Source: Ostreococcus lucimarinus (Eukaryota). Taken from it: a DNA stretch of 64,000 nt. The notes under the pieces were generated by a model. The model made no database searches. It was given only the letters and a program-made list of their open reading frames with translations, and was not told the origin of the DNA. Within the stretch, counting starts at the first letter, position 1. Every line of letters starts with the position of its first letter. Position numbers and translations under genes: made by a program. Shown here piece after piece: positions 1-9,451 of this stretch. The DNA is taken from NCBI GenBank assembly GCA_000092065.1, contig CP000590.1; one strand, given 5' to 3'.

Positions 1-534
1 CCGCAACCGGTGCCGCCGCTTCCGGGGCCGCCGCCGCGGGCGTCGGCGTCGGCGGCTTCGCCGCCGCCGCCTTGGGCTTCGCCGCCGCCTTCGGCTTTTG
101 CACCATTACCACAACGAACGATTCTTCCGTCACCCCCGCCGACGCGATCGTCGCCTCATCCTTCAGCACGCTCCCCTTGTGCACCAAAACGATCGCCTCA
201 TCACCGTAACCCTGCGCTTTGCGCACCTCAGCCTTCACCGTCGCGACGTCGGCGCCTTCGTCCAGCTCCAGATCAAACTTTTGATTCGTCCTGCGTCGCC
301 CGCGCGCGCGTCGCGCGTCCTCGCCCGTCAGTCATCGCGTTTACGCGCGCATCAACCATCGATTCGCGTCTCGCTTCGCGCGCGCGCGCGTCGCGTCTAA
401 ACGCGCGCGCGTCAAAACGTCGCCGCAAATCCACCGCGTCCGCGTCCGGTGTCGCGCTCGCCCGCGCGCCGTCGCCCTCGCGTCGCGTCGCGCGCTCGCG
501 CGAACACTCACAGAGTCTTAAACTGCACCTTCAT
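1..534 (-). CDS. RAD23: RAD23-like UV excision repair / ubiquitin receptor protein, 5' part only (gene runs off the window start). Exon 1 is 512..534 (ATG AAG GTG CAG TTT AAG ACT CT, then GTGAGTG donor). Intron is 291..511 with a CTGAC branch point and a cgcag acceptor. Exon 2 runs from 290 down past position 1.
   Basis: Hand translation of the minus strand gives MKVQFKTL|[84 protein letters not shown]. This is a ubiquitin-like domain with the Rad23-typical FVVVMV.KPK motif followed by an Ala/Pro/Thr-rich linker. The splice joins in phase. Exon 1 corresponds to the last 8 codons of the ORF-track entry 508..1818(-). Confidence 0.7.
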
Positions 535-636
535 CGCGCGTGGGCGTCGCCGCGCGCGCGTCGGCGTCGCTTTGTGCCGCGCCGCCGTCGGGATGGATTC
601 GCGACTTCGCGACGCCGCTCGCGTCGCGCGCGCGCC
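535..636. promoter_or_regulatory. Putative bidirectional promoter/5'UTR region between the divergent RAD23 (ATG ending at 534, minus) and RtcB (ATG at 637, plus) starts.
   Basis: Inferred only from the head-to-head arrangement of two start codons about 100 bp apart. No motif was identified. Confidence 0.3.
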
Positions 637-2181
637 ATGACGACCGGCGCCGACGCCGACGCGCGTCGCACGTACGACGAGGAGCGCGCGTACGTCAGCG
701 CGGTGTCGCCGACGAAGCTCGTCGTCGCGAAAGGTTTCGTGCCGAACATGCGCGTGCCGGGAGAAATTTACGTCAACGAACGCCTGCGCGAGCTCGTCCT
801 GGACGAACTGCGCGCGTACTGCGACGAAGATCGACGCGGGGGAGGGTACTCGCCCGCGGTGAAACAGATCGCGAACGTGGCGGCGCTGCCGGGGGTGGTG
901 AGGGCGTCCATCGCGCTGCCGGACGTGCACAGCGGGTACGGGTTCGCGATTGGAAACGTGGCGGCGTTCGATTGCGGGGACGACGACGCGATCGTGTCGC
1001 CGGGAGGGGTGGGGTTCGATATAAATTGTGGCGTGCGGTTGCTGCGAACGAATCTGACGGAGGCGGAGGTGGGACCGGTGAAAGAGGCGCTGGCGCAGTC
1101 GCTGTTCGATCACATACCCGTCGGCGTGGGTTCGCGAGGGATCATTCCGACGTCTCCGGCGGCGCTGGAGGCGGCGTTGGAGATGGGAATGGATTGGAGT
1201 CTGAGGGAAGGGTACGCGTGGGCGGAGGATAAAGAGCACACGGAAGAATACGGGCGTATGTTGAATGCGGATCCGAGTAAAGTGAGCGCGAGGGCGAAGA
1301 AGCGCGGATTGCCGCAGATGGGAACGCTCGGGGCGGGGAATCATTACGCGGAGATTCAGGTCGTGGATGAGATTTACGACGAGTTCGCGGCGAAGAAGAT
1401 GGGAATCGATCGCGTTGGGCAGATTTGTATCATGATTCACAGCGGAAGTCGAGGTTTGGGGCATCAGGTGGCGACGGATTCGCTCACGGCGATGGAGCGC
1501 GCGATGGAGCGCGACGGCATCGAAGTAAACGATCGACAGCTCGCGTGCGCAAAGATAAGCAGCCAAGAAGGGCAAGATTATCTCGCCGCGATGGCGTGTG
1601 CGGCCAACTACGCGTGGGTGAATCGATCGAGCATGACATTTTTGTGCAGACAAGCGTTCGCGAAGATGTTCGGCAAGCCGCCAGACGAGCTCGACATGCA
1701 CGTCGTGTACGACGTGTCGCACAACATCGCCAAATTCGAGGAGCACATAGTGGATGGAGAGATGAAGACGCTGCTCGTGCACCGCAAAGGGAGCACGCGC
1801 GCGTTCCCACCCCATCACCCGCTCATCCCCGTCGATTACCAGTACACCGGTCAGCCGGTTTTAATCGGCGGCACGATGGGGACGTGCTCGTACATCCTCA
1901 CCGGCACCGAAAAGGGCATGCGAGACACGTTCGGATCGACGTGCCACGGCGCCGGTCGCGCGCGAAGCCGCAACAAGTCCAGACACGTCTTACAGTACGA
2001 AGACGTGCTCGCCAAGCTCAAGACCAAGGGCATCGCGATTCGCGTCGCTTCGCCGAAACTCGTCATGGAGGAGGCGCCCGAATCGTACAAGGACGTCACC
2101 GAAGTCGTCAACACGTGTCACGACGCCGGCATCTCCAAGAAATGCGTCAAGCTGCGCCCCATCGCCGTCGTCAAGGGTTAG
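637..2181 (+). CDS. RTCB: RNA-splicing ligase RtcB (tRNA-splicing ligase, HSPC117 family). The first in-frame ATG is at 637. The open frame from 10 to 636 is Pro/Ala/Arg-rich and is judged non-coding.
   Basis: Translation contains the RtcB signatures [27 protein letters not shown] and [12 protein letters not shown]...STCHGAGR. It is 514 aa from ATG 637, comparable to human RTCB (505 aa). Confidence 0.9.
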   Translation: MTTGADADARRTYDEERAYVSAVSPTKLVVAKGFVPNMRVPGEIYVNERLRELVLDELRAYCDEDRRGGGYSPAVKQIANVAALPGVVRASIALPDVHSGYGFAIGNVAAFDCGDDDAIVSPGGVGFDINCGVRLLRTNLTEAEVGPVKEALAQSLFDHIPVGVGSRGIIPTSPAALEAALEMGMDWSLREGYAWAEDKEHTEEYGRMLNADPSKVSARAKKRGLPQMGTLGAGNHYAEIQVVDEIYDEFAAKKMGIDRVGQICIMIHSGSRGLGHQVATDSLTAMERAMERDGIEVNDRQLACAKISSQEGQDYLAAMACAANYAWVNRSSMTFLCRQAFAKMFGKPPDELDMHVVYDVSHNIAKFEEHIVDGEMKTLLVHRKGSTRAFPPHHPLIPVDYQYTGQPVLIGGTMGTCSYILTGTEKGMRDTFGSTCHGAGRARSRNKSRHVLQYEDVLAKLKTKGIAIRVASPKLVMEEAPESYKDVTEVVNTCHDAGISKKCVKLRPIAVVKG

Positions 2182-3624
2182 ACAATCACCATCACTAGCG
2201 ACATAGCCCCCGAATATCGACGTAGTCACCGCGAGTCCAATCGCGCCACCGTCTCCGCGCACATCCGCAGCGCGTCCGTCGCGCTCACCGCCGCGCCCTC
2301 CGCGCGCCGTCCTCCCATCACTCGCGTCTCGACGATCCCTCCCGCGCGATCGACGTCCCATCCCGCCCGCGCCGCGTCGTCGCTCGCCGTCGCCGCGTTC
2401 GTCGCCGTCCGCCTCCCCAGCGTCGCCGCCTCCATTCGCGCGTACGCCCGTCCCGCGCCCTCGATCGCGCGCGCCCGCGTCGCGACGAGCGCCTCCTCCG
2501 CCGCCCGCGCCGTCGCGCGCGAGCGCCACGTCGCGTCCCGCAGCGTCGTCGTCGCGCGCGCGTCGTCCGACGTCCACAGCGCGGCGATCGCCTCGCGCGT
2601 CGCGCGCGCGTCCTCGTCGTCCGCGTCGCTCGACGCGCGCTCGATCGCGAACCGCGCGAGCTCGAGGTCGTCGCGCGCGACCGCGCGCAGCGCGCGCGCG
2701 ACCGCGCCGTCGCCGTCGCCGTCGCCGTCGCGCGTCATCGTCGTAACGACCCGGCGTCGACGAGTGGCGCGCGCGACGCAGAGCGACGCGCGATGCGCGC
2801 GGTCGCGACGGCGCGCGCGACGCGTTCGCCGCGCGCGGTCGTCGCGTCGCGACGCGCGCGCGCGCGCGCGACGCGCGACGACGACGACGCGACGACGACG
2901 CGCGCGCGATTCGCGCGAACGGCGCTCGCGACGAGCGCGCTGATGACGATGGGCGCGCGCGCGGCGCGCGCGGCGAGCGCGAACGACGCCGTGCTCGCGG
3001 CGCTCGCGCGACGCGACGCGACGGCGCCGGACGGCGCGACGGCGCGGCGACTGCGCGGCGACGTCGACGAGGCGACGCGCGCGAGGACGCTCGCGCTCGC
3101 GGGGTGCGTCGCGACGCGCGACGCGACGACGCGATGACGCGCGCGACGACGCGATGACGCGAGACGCGAACGATGGGACGACGGCGACGCGCGCGGGACT
3201 GACGACGCGCGCGGGGCGACGATAGGGACGTCGACGGCGCGCGACGCGCGCTGCGAGGCGAAAATCTATCGAAACTCCGCGCCGACGCGACGACGGTGAC
3301 GAGACTCGCGAGCGAGGACGGCATGCGCGCGTCTAGGAACGGATTGACGCTCAGGGACGTGACGCTGGCGCTGGACGCGTTCGACGACGCGCTTCGAGCG
3401 GAGGGCTTGGGCGCGAAGTCGGCGTCGAGCGACGACGTGCGGCGAACGGCGGACGATTTGATTCGCACGCTCGAGCGTCTATCCGGGACGTCGGATCGAC
3501 GCGGCGGTTGATTTGTTTTGAGATTTATTCCTTTCGCGCGCGATTCGACGCCGAGCGACGCCGAGCGATTCCGAGCGATTCCGAGCGTCGTCTCGTCCCG
3601 CACACCGCCGCTCGCGAACCGACG

Positions 3625-4554
3625 ATGCTCGCGCGCGCCCCCGTCGCGCCGATCGCGCGCGCTCGACCTCCCGCGCCGCGCGCCCGCGCGCCCGTCGCTC
3701 GCGCCGCGCCGTCCGACGCGTCCGCGGTCGTCGCGTCGCGTCGCGTCGCGCTCGCGCTCCCGCTCGCGCTCGCCGCGCTCGACCGCTCGACCGCGCGCGC
3801 GGCGGACGCGCCGCGCGTCCTCGTCGTCGGCGCCACGGGCCAGACCGGCGCGCTCGTCGTCCGCGAGCTGTCGCGCGCGGGCAGGGCGCGCGCGATCGTC
3901 GCCGGCGCGCGATCGGCGGCGAAGGCGACGAAGCTCGGCTTGGACGCGCTGCCGGGGGTGGAGATTCTCGACGGCGTCGACGTCACGCGCGGCGTCGACG
4001 CGCTGGCGCTCGCGTTCGAGGGCTTCGACGTCGTCGTCGTCGCCACGGGATTCGTGCCGGGAAATCCGCTGAAGATGAACGCGGCGGCGCGCGCGGTGGA
4101 TAACGAGGGCGTGTGCGCGGTGGCGGACGCGGCGAAGCGAGCGAACGTCAAGCGCGTCGTGCTGATATCGTCCATCCTGACGAACGGACCGGGATTCGGG
4201 GCGCAGGATACCGCTGGATACAAGATCACGAACGCGTTCGGAAGGGTGCTCGAAGAAAAGCTCGTGGGGGAGAATCACCTGCGCGCGAGCGGCGTGCCGT
4301 GGACCATCGTTCGACCGGCTGGGTTGAAGACGGACGCGCCGAAAAATCCGCTCGTCGTCACCGGGGAAGACGTGATGACGAGCGGTGAGATCAGCCGCGA
4401 GCTCGTCGCGCGCGTGATGGTGGAGGCGGCGTTCGACGCGCGCGCGGAGGGTAAAGTTTACGAAATCGCGGAGAGCGGTTCCTTCGTCGGCGGCGATCCC
4501 GCGGGCGCGAAGACGTTCGCCCTCGATTCCGACCCGGCGTCGTGGTTCGCGTAA
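3625..4554 (+). CDS. NmrA-like / atypical SDR NAD(P)-binding Rossmann protein with an N-terminal organellar transit-peptide-like region.
   Basis: Has the VLVVGATGQTGALVVREL glycine-rich NAD(P)-binding motif, the VVLISSILTNGPGFG stretch, and an ARAPVAPIARARPPAPRA presequence. The first ATG in frame is at 3625 (MLARAP...). Confidence 0.75.
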   Translation: MLARAPVAPIARARPPAPRARAPVARAAPSDASAVVASRRVALALPLALAALDRSTARAADAPRVLVVGATGQTGALVVRELSRAGRARAIVAGARSAAKATKLGLDALPGVEILDGVDVTRGVDALALAFEGFDVVVVATGFVPGNPLKMNAAARAVDNEGVCAVADAAKRANVKRVVLISSILTNGPGFGAQDTAGYKITNAFGRVLEEKLVGENHLRASGVPWTIVRPAGLKTDAPKNPLVVTGEDVMTSGEISRELVARVMVEAAFDARAEGKVYEIAESGSFVGGDPAGAKTFALDSDPASWFA

Positions 4555-4627
4555 CATTTTCTATTCCGACCCGGCGTCGTGGTTCGCGTAACATTTTCTA
4601 TTCCGACCCGGCGTCGTGGTTCGCGTA
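4526..4627. repeat. 37-bp tandem repeat, about 2.8 copies (unit ATTCCGACCCGGCGTCGTGGTTCGCGTAACATTTTCT). Copy 1 contains the last 4 codons and TAA stop of the NmrA-like CDS.
   Basis: Direct inspection: copies start at 4526, 4563 and 4600 with period 37. The third copy diverges after ...cgcgtaa. Confidence 0.9.
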
Positions 4628-4869
4628 ATAATATTTTTGTAATTTCTTCGCCGTGAATCCGCGCGCTCGCGCGCCGCGCGTCGATCGTCGTTCGCGTCTC
4701 TCGCGCGCGGCGTCCTCTCGCGTTCGACGCAACCGCAACCGTTCGCCTCACTTCGCGGCACGCGCGCGCGCGACGCGCGACCGAGCGCGCGCGAGAGCGA
4801 GAGACTTTCGAACGCGTCGCGCGCGACGGCATCGCACCGCTCGACGCGCGCGCGCTGAATCGAACGAAA

Positions 4870-7020
4870 ATGACGGACGAAACGAAGCGGAATCCCCCGC
4901 CGTCGTTGGAAGATTTGGCAAAGAAACGCCGCGAAGACGCGAGCGCGGTGATGAAACCGACGTTCCTGAGCAAAGAAGAGCGTGCGAAGGCGGCGATCGC
5001 GCGTCGCGAGGCGGAAGTCGCGGCGCAGAGGACGCGGGCGGAGGAAGGTCGAAAGGCGGCGCCGCCGCCGCCGCCGCCGTCGACGAGCGGGACGCGGCGG
5101 AACGCGCCGACGTCTCGATTCGCGCCTCGATACGGCGGGGGTGGTCGCGGACGCGATGATCGGCGGCGAGGTGGAGGTAGGGGCGATCGTGACGATCGAG
5201 ATCGAGGTGGGAGACGAGATGAGCAAGACGAGCGCGAACGCGAGCTCGAGATGCTCAAGCGACAATACATGGGCGGAGACGCGAAGTCGAAAAAGGTGAA
5301 GACAGCAAATAGAGGAAAGTTTGTGTTCGATTGGCGGAAAGAGGAAGACACGTCGAGAGATTTGAATCCACTGTACGATCGGCCGCACGAAGTGGCGCCG
5401 ATGTTCGGTCGAGGGATGATCGGGGGCGTGGATCGAAGGGAGCAGGCGCGCTCGAACGCCGAGCGCGAGCGCGAACTCATCGTCAAGTCGAGGAAGGATC
5501 TCGGATCGAAGGACGCGGCGGGTGATGTGCGAAAGATGGAAGTTGAGCGCGAGCGTAAACGTAAGGATGTCGAGGCGCGCGAGTTGAAACGAACTTTCAA
5601 GGAGCACTGGAGTGATAAAAAGTTGGAAGACATGACAGAGCGCGATTGGCGCATTTTTCGAGAAGACTTTAACATTTCGTACAAAGGCGGCAAGTTACCG
5701 CTTCCCATGCGCGCGTGGAAAGAGTGCACGAGCTTGCCACAAGAGATATTGCGCGCTATCGCGCAGGTTGGGTACGAAAAGCCGTCGCCGATTCAAATGG
5801 CTAGCATTCCGATCGGTTTGCTGAAGAGAGACGTCATCGGCATCGCCGAGACGGGTTCGGGTAAGACGTGCGCGTTCGTCGTCCCCATGCTCGCGCACAT
5901 CATGCAGCTTCCGAAAATGACGGACGAAATTGCCGCGCACGGGCCGTACGCCCTGATCATGGCCCCTACGCGCGAGTTGGCGCAACAGATTGAGGAAGAG
6001 ACTCTCAAGTTTGCGCAGTATTTGGACTATCGCGTCGGCTTGGTCGTCGGCGGTCAATCGATCGAAGACCAAGGTTTTAAACTTCGCAAAGGGGTGGAGA
6101 TATTAGTCGGTACGCCCGGTCGTATCATAGATGTCATTGAGCGCCGATACACCGTGCTCAGTCAGTGCAACTACATCGTGCTCGACGAAGCCGATCGCAT
6201 GATCGACATGGGTTTCGAACCGCAAGTCGTGGCGGTGATGGAGGCGATGGGATCGGGTAACTTGAAACCCGAGGACGAGGCGGAAGAGCTCGACGGCCAG
6301 GCGCTCGAGCAAGGTGGGCCGACGTCGTCAAAGTACCGAACGACGTACATGTTTTCCGCCACCATGCCTCCGAGCGTGGAGCGTCTGGCGAGAAGTTATT
6401 TGCGCAATCCCGCGGTGGTCACCATCGGCAGCGCCGGGAAGACGTCCGATTTGATCAAGCAAGAGATTATTTGGGTGTCGAGAAACGAGCGCGACTCCAA
6501 ATTTGAGCTCGTGTTATCGCGACATCCCAACACGCAAGCCATCGTGTTCGTGAACGCCAAACGCTCGGTGGACGCCGTGGCGAATCTGTGCTACCGTCTC
6601 GGGTACTCGTGCGCGTCCATACACGGCGGCAAATCGCAAGACCAACGCGAGGAGTCTTTGCGCGGGTTCAAGGCTGGGGATTACGACATCTTGGTCGCCA
6701 CCGATGTCGCCGGTCGCGGGATCGACGTCAAGGGCATCGATCTCGTCGTCAATTACGAGTTGCCGCACACGATTGAAAATTACACCCATCGCATCGGGCG
6801 CACCGGTCGCGCCGGTCGCAAGGGCACCGCCGTGAGCTTCCTCACGAGCGACGATCGCGACATCATGTACGAGCTCAAAGAACTTCTCATCGAGAGCAAG
6901 AACCACGTCCCAGATGCGCTGGCAAACCACGAAGCGGCGCGCGTAAAGCCTCAGCGCGACGACAGAGGCAGACGCATGAACCGCGAAGACATTCGAGGGC
7001 AAGAAGCCATCATCTACTGA
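4870..7020 (+). CDS. DDX23: Pre-mRNA-splicing DEAD-box ATP-dependent RNA helicase Prp28 / DDX23 (U5 snRNP 100 kDa protein).
   Basis: An RD/RS/RG-rich N-terminal region precedes a helicase core with the Q motif, AETGSGKT (motif I), DEAD (VLDEADRMIDMGF), SAT and HRIGRTGRAG (motif VI). The N-terminal KFVFDWRKEEDTSRDLNPLYD resembles DDX23. Confidence 0.9.
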   Translation: MTDETKRNPPPSLEDLAKKRREDASAVMKPTFLSKEERAKAAIARREAEVAAQRTRAEEGRKAAPPPPPPSTSGTRRNAPTSRFAPRYGGGGRGRDDRRRGGGRGDRDDRDRGGRRDEQDERERELEMLKRQYMGGDAKSKKVKTANRGKFVFDWRKEEDTSRDLNPLYDRPHEVAPMFGRGMIGGVDRREQARSNAERERELIVKSRKDLGSKDAAGDVRKMEVERERKRKDVEARELKRTFKEHWSDKKLEDMTERDWRIFREDFNISYKGGKLPLPMRAWKECTSLPQEILRAIAQVGYEKPSPIQMASIPIGLLKRDVIGIAETGSGKTCAFVVPMLAHIMQLPKMTDEIAAHGPYALIMAPTRELAQQIEEETLKFAQYLDYRVGLVVGGQSIEDQGFKLRKGVEILVGTPGRIIDVIERRYTVLSQCNYIVLDEADRMIDMGFEPQVVAVMEAMGSGNLKPEDEAEELDGQALEQGGPTSSKYRTTYMFSATMPPSVERLARSYLRNPAVVTIGSAGKTSDLIKQEIIWVSRNERDSKFELVLSRHPNTQAIVFVNAKRSVDAVANLCYRLGYSCASIHGGKSQDQREESLRGFKAGDYDILVATDVAGRGIDVKGIDLVVNYELPHTIENYTHRIGRTGRAGRKGTAVSFLTSDDRDIMYELKELLIESKNHVPDALANHEAARVKPQRDDRGRRMNREDIRGQEAIIY

Positions 7021-7064
7021 ACTAATCTAGTTACATTTGATTCACAACAGCTAATGACATCGCT

Positions 7065-7574
7065 CTAACCCGCGGACTCGTCGTCGATCGCCGCCGGCTG
7101 CGACAACCGCGGCCCTCCGCGCGCGTCGCCGTCCCCGTCTTCGCGTCGCAGCTCCCGCCAAATCGGTTTCATGCTTCCGTTGATCCGCTCTTCCCCCTCG
7201 CGCGTTCGTCCCTTCCACGTCAACCGTCCCCACGCCTCTCCCGATCGCCCGCTCGGTCGCGTCTTTATCTTCGTCAGCGTCCAATACGTGTCCGGATACC
7301 AATCCGGTCGCGCCCGCCAGCTGTGCTTCGTGAACGCGCGTCCGATCCCGCGGTCGCCGAGCGCGCTGGAGAGTTCGTACAGGTTCGGGCGCGCGCGCGT
7401 GAGATGCGTGATCGCCGCCTTGGCCGCCTCGCGCGCGGCGCTCGTCATGCCTCGCGACGCCGCCGACTGCCGCGCGCGTCGACGTCGGCGCGCGCCCGCG
7501 TCGGCGCCGAGAAAACCCATAACTTCCCGCGTCGCCGCGTCGTCGGCGAGCCTTGGGCGCGCGATCGCGTACAT
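7065..7574 (-). CDS. Hypothetical protein (169 aa). The Trp/Tyr-containing C-terminal half looks like a genuine small basic protein, possibly organellar or ribosomal. Start and exon structure are uncertain.
   Basis: The ORF has non-biased composition in its second half (...LTRARPNLYELSSALGDRGIGRAFTKHSWRARPDWYPDTYWTLTKIKTRPSGRSGEAWGRLTWKGR...). The overlapping plus-strand ORF is low-complexity. No family assignment is possible without a search. Confidence 0.35.
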   Translation of the reverse strand: MYAIARPRLADDAATREVMGFLGADAGARRRRRARQSAASRGMTSAAREAAKAAITHLTRARPNLYELSSALGDRGIGRAFTKHSWRARPDWYPDTYWTLTKIKTRPSGRSGEAWGRLTWKGRTREGEERINGSMKPIWRELRREDGDGDARGGPRLSQPAAIDDESAG

Positions 7575-7595
7575 TCGTATACGTTAACAGTGAGA

Positions 7596-7706
7596 GGGAT
7601 ATTAGCTCATCTGGTAGAGCGCTCGCTTTGCATACTCAGTGCGCGTCGACGCGAAGACGTCGACCATACGTGTGAGAGGTGCCGGGATCGACGCCTGGAT
7701 ATTCCA
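7596..7706 (+). tRNA. Nuclear tRNA-Ala (anticodon UGC) with a 38-nt intron (7633..7670) between positions 37 and 38. The mature length is 73 nt.
   Basis: Cloverleaf folded by hand. The acceptor stem is GGGATAT/ATATTCC with the G3:U70 wobble pair, the alanine identity element. The D-stem is GCTC/GAGC. The anticodon stem is CTCGC/GTGAG with loop TT-TGC-A. The variable loop is AGGTG. The T-arm is CCGGG-ATCGACG-CCTGG and the discriminator is A73. The intron lies at the canonical eukaryotic position and contains a CGTCGACG...CGTCGAC hairpin. Confidence 0.85.
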
Positions 7707-8008
7707 TTCCCTTTTTAGCCCATCCGTTTCTCATTTTTTATTTATACCGTCACACTGCTCTTTATATCCGACTGTCCGAATTTTCCCGACCACGCGCTTT
7801 TCGAGGCGGCGGGCCCGACGACCGCTCGGCGCGCGTCGATCGCGCGCGCGTCGCGCCGCCCCGCACACGCCCGCGCGACCGCGTCGCGCGCGACGTCGAC
7901 CCGCGACGACGACCGACGCTCGCTCGACCGCTCGACCGCGCCTCGCGCGTCCGAACGCGCGCGGCGAACGATCGATTCGATCTTTAAAAAGCGCCATCGC
8001 TATCCGAC

Positions 8009-9211
8009 ATGACGTCGGCGTCGATCGCGCGACTTCGACCGACGTCCACGAGCGCGTCGAGGCGCGACGTCGGCGCGAGAGCGCGCCAGGGGACGCGCGC
8101 GAACGGCGCGCGAACGCGCGCGAACGCGCGGACGGCGACGCGAACGATCGGGGACGCGACGGCGGGACGCGGGACGCGAGACGCGCGGATAAGCGCGAGA
8201 CGACGAGACGCGACGACGGCGACGCGCGCGGTCGGGGTGTCGAACTCGGACTCGACGAGCGGGATCGGGGGGGCGGAAACGATCGGGGGAGTGATGTCGT
8301 CGTCGTCGGACGACGGTGACGGGGCGCCGAGCGAGATTTGGGGTGGGCAGAGAAACGCGAGCGAGGCGAAGACGCCGAGACGCAAGGCGAGGACCAAGGC
8401 GGAGCGCGACGCGAGCGCGGAGTCGTACGAGTGGAGCGCGTGGGCGTCGTCGTGTGGAATCATAAGTATCGCCATTACGGCGACGTACTTTAGAATCTTG
8501 CGCGAGGTGGACGTGAACGGAGGGTTATTCCCGGTGGCTGAACTCGTGGCGCAGCTCGCGCTCATCGCCGGCGCCGCCGTCGGGATGGAGTTTTACGCTC
8601 GGTACGCGCACAAGCACTTGTGGCACGCGTCGTGGTGGAGCATGTCGAGCAAGTATCGCAGAGAGTGGAACAAGCCGATCTGGCTCTTACACGAGTCTCA
8701 TCACCTCCCGCGCGAGGGTGCGTACGAGGCGAACGACGTCTTCGCGCTCGTCAACGGCGTCCCGGCGTTCGCGCTGTGCGCGTTCGGCTTCTTCACCCCG
8801 GGCGTGTTCGGTGGCTTGTGCTTCGGCGCTGGTTTGGGAATCACGCTGTACGGTATCGCGTACATGTACGTCCACGACGGCTTGGTGCACAAGCGCTTTC
8901 CCACCGGCCCGCTCGGCAAGCTTCCTTTGCTGCGAAAAATCGCCGCCGGGCACACGATTCACCACACCGAGGCGTTCGAGGGCGTTCCTTGGGGACTTTT
9001 TCTCGGTATTCAAGAGCTCGAAGCCGTTCCGGGCGGCTTGGATGAACTCAACAAAGTCGTCGCCGCCGCTGAGCGCAAAGAGCAGCGCGACGAACGAGAC
9101 AATCGTGCGAGCGTCGGTCTCGTCACGCAAGGGACGCACATTCCCTCCCAGAAGGAGGCGCCGGCGTGCGTTCTCCCCGACGTCGCGGACAAAGGCGCCG
9201 GTCCGCGATAG
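8009..9211 (+). CDS. CHYB: Beta-carotene 3-hydroxylase (non-heme di-iron, plant CHY/BCH type) with a Ser/Thr/Arg-rich chloroplast transit peptide.
   Basis: Histidine boxes HKHLWH, HESHH, HDGLVHKRF and HTIHH sit in a four-TM fatty-acid-hydroxylase-like fold. The catalytic domain resembles plant and algal carotene hydroxylases. Confidence 0.85.
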   Translation: MTSASIARLRPTSTSASRRDVGARARQGTRANGARTRANARTATRTIGDATAGRGTRDARISARRRDATTATRAVGVSNSDSTSGIGGAETIGGVMSSSSDDGDGAPSEIWGGQRNASEAKTPRRKARTKAERDASAESYEWSAWASSCGIISIAITATYFRILREVDVNGGLFPVAELVAQLALIAGAAVGMEFYARYAHKHLWHASWWSMSSKYRREWNKPIWLLHESHHLPREGAYEANDVFALVNGVPAFALCAFGFFTPGVFGGLCFGAGLGITLYGIAYMYVHDGLVHKRFPTGPLGKLPLLRKIAAGHTIHHTEAFEGVPWGLFLGIQELEAVPGGLDELNKVVAAAERKEQRDERDNRASVGLVTQGTHIPSQKEAPACVLPDVADKGAGPR

Positions 9212-9451
9212 AGCCGCATCGCGCGCGCAGACAGCAATCAATTATTCTTTTGTAACAAACGACGGAACATTTTCGCACCGAACGATCGCCCGATCGCGTC
9301 GCGTCGTCGCCGACGCGCCGTCCTCGTCGGCGACGCGCGAGGTTTTGGTTTTCTGGACGGCGTCGCCGCACTCCCACGCGCGCCGTCGGTGCTCGCGCCC
9401 GCGACGCCCGCGACCCGTCGACCACCGCTCATTCGTCCCGCCGCGCTCGAA

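Noticed and set aside
10-636. Upstream, in-frame extension of the RtcB ORF (Pro/Ala/Ser/Arg-rich, begins with GTG)
   Set aside because: There is no ATG. The composition is low complexity. Its opposite strand encodes the RAD23 UBL domain and intron. RtcB from ATG 637 is already full-length (514 aa).
508-1818. 436-aa minus-strand ORF antisense to RtcB
   Set aside because: It is Arg/His/Leu-rich with no domain. Only its last 8 codons are real coding sequence (RAD23 exon 1). The remainder is antisense artefact.
2226-2738. 170-aa minus-strand ORF (MTRDGDGDGDG..., Ala/Arg/Thr/Asp-rich) in the RtcB-NmrA spacer
   Set aside because: Its composition is typical of GC-rich artefact frames, it has no recognisable motif and it lies within the CGCGAC low-complexity region. 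I cannot exclude a small real gene, but there is no positive evidence.
1990-4557. 855-aa minus-strand ORF spanning the RtcB 3' end, the 2.2-3.6-kb spacer and the NmrA-like gene
   Set aside because: The translation is almost entirely Arg/Ala/Asp/Gly low complexity generated by CGCGAC-type repeats. It is antisense to a well-supported gene. Long stop-free frames are expected by chance at this GC content.
4526-4627. Possibility that the 37-bp, 24-bp and 11-bp tandem repeats are a CRISPR array
   Set aside because: The repeats are directly adjacent without unique spacers. The organism is clearly eukaryotic. No cas-like genes are present.
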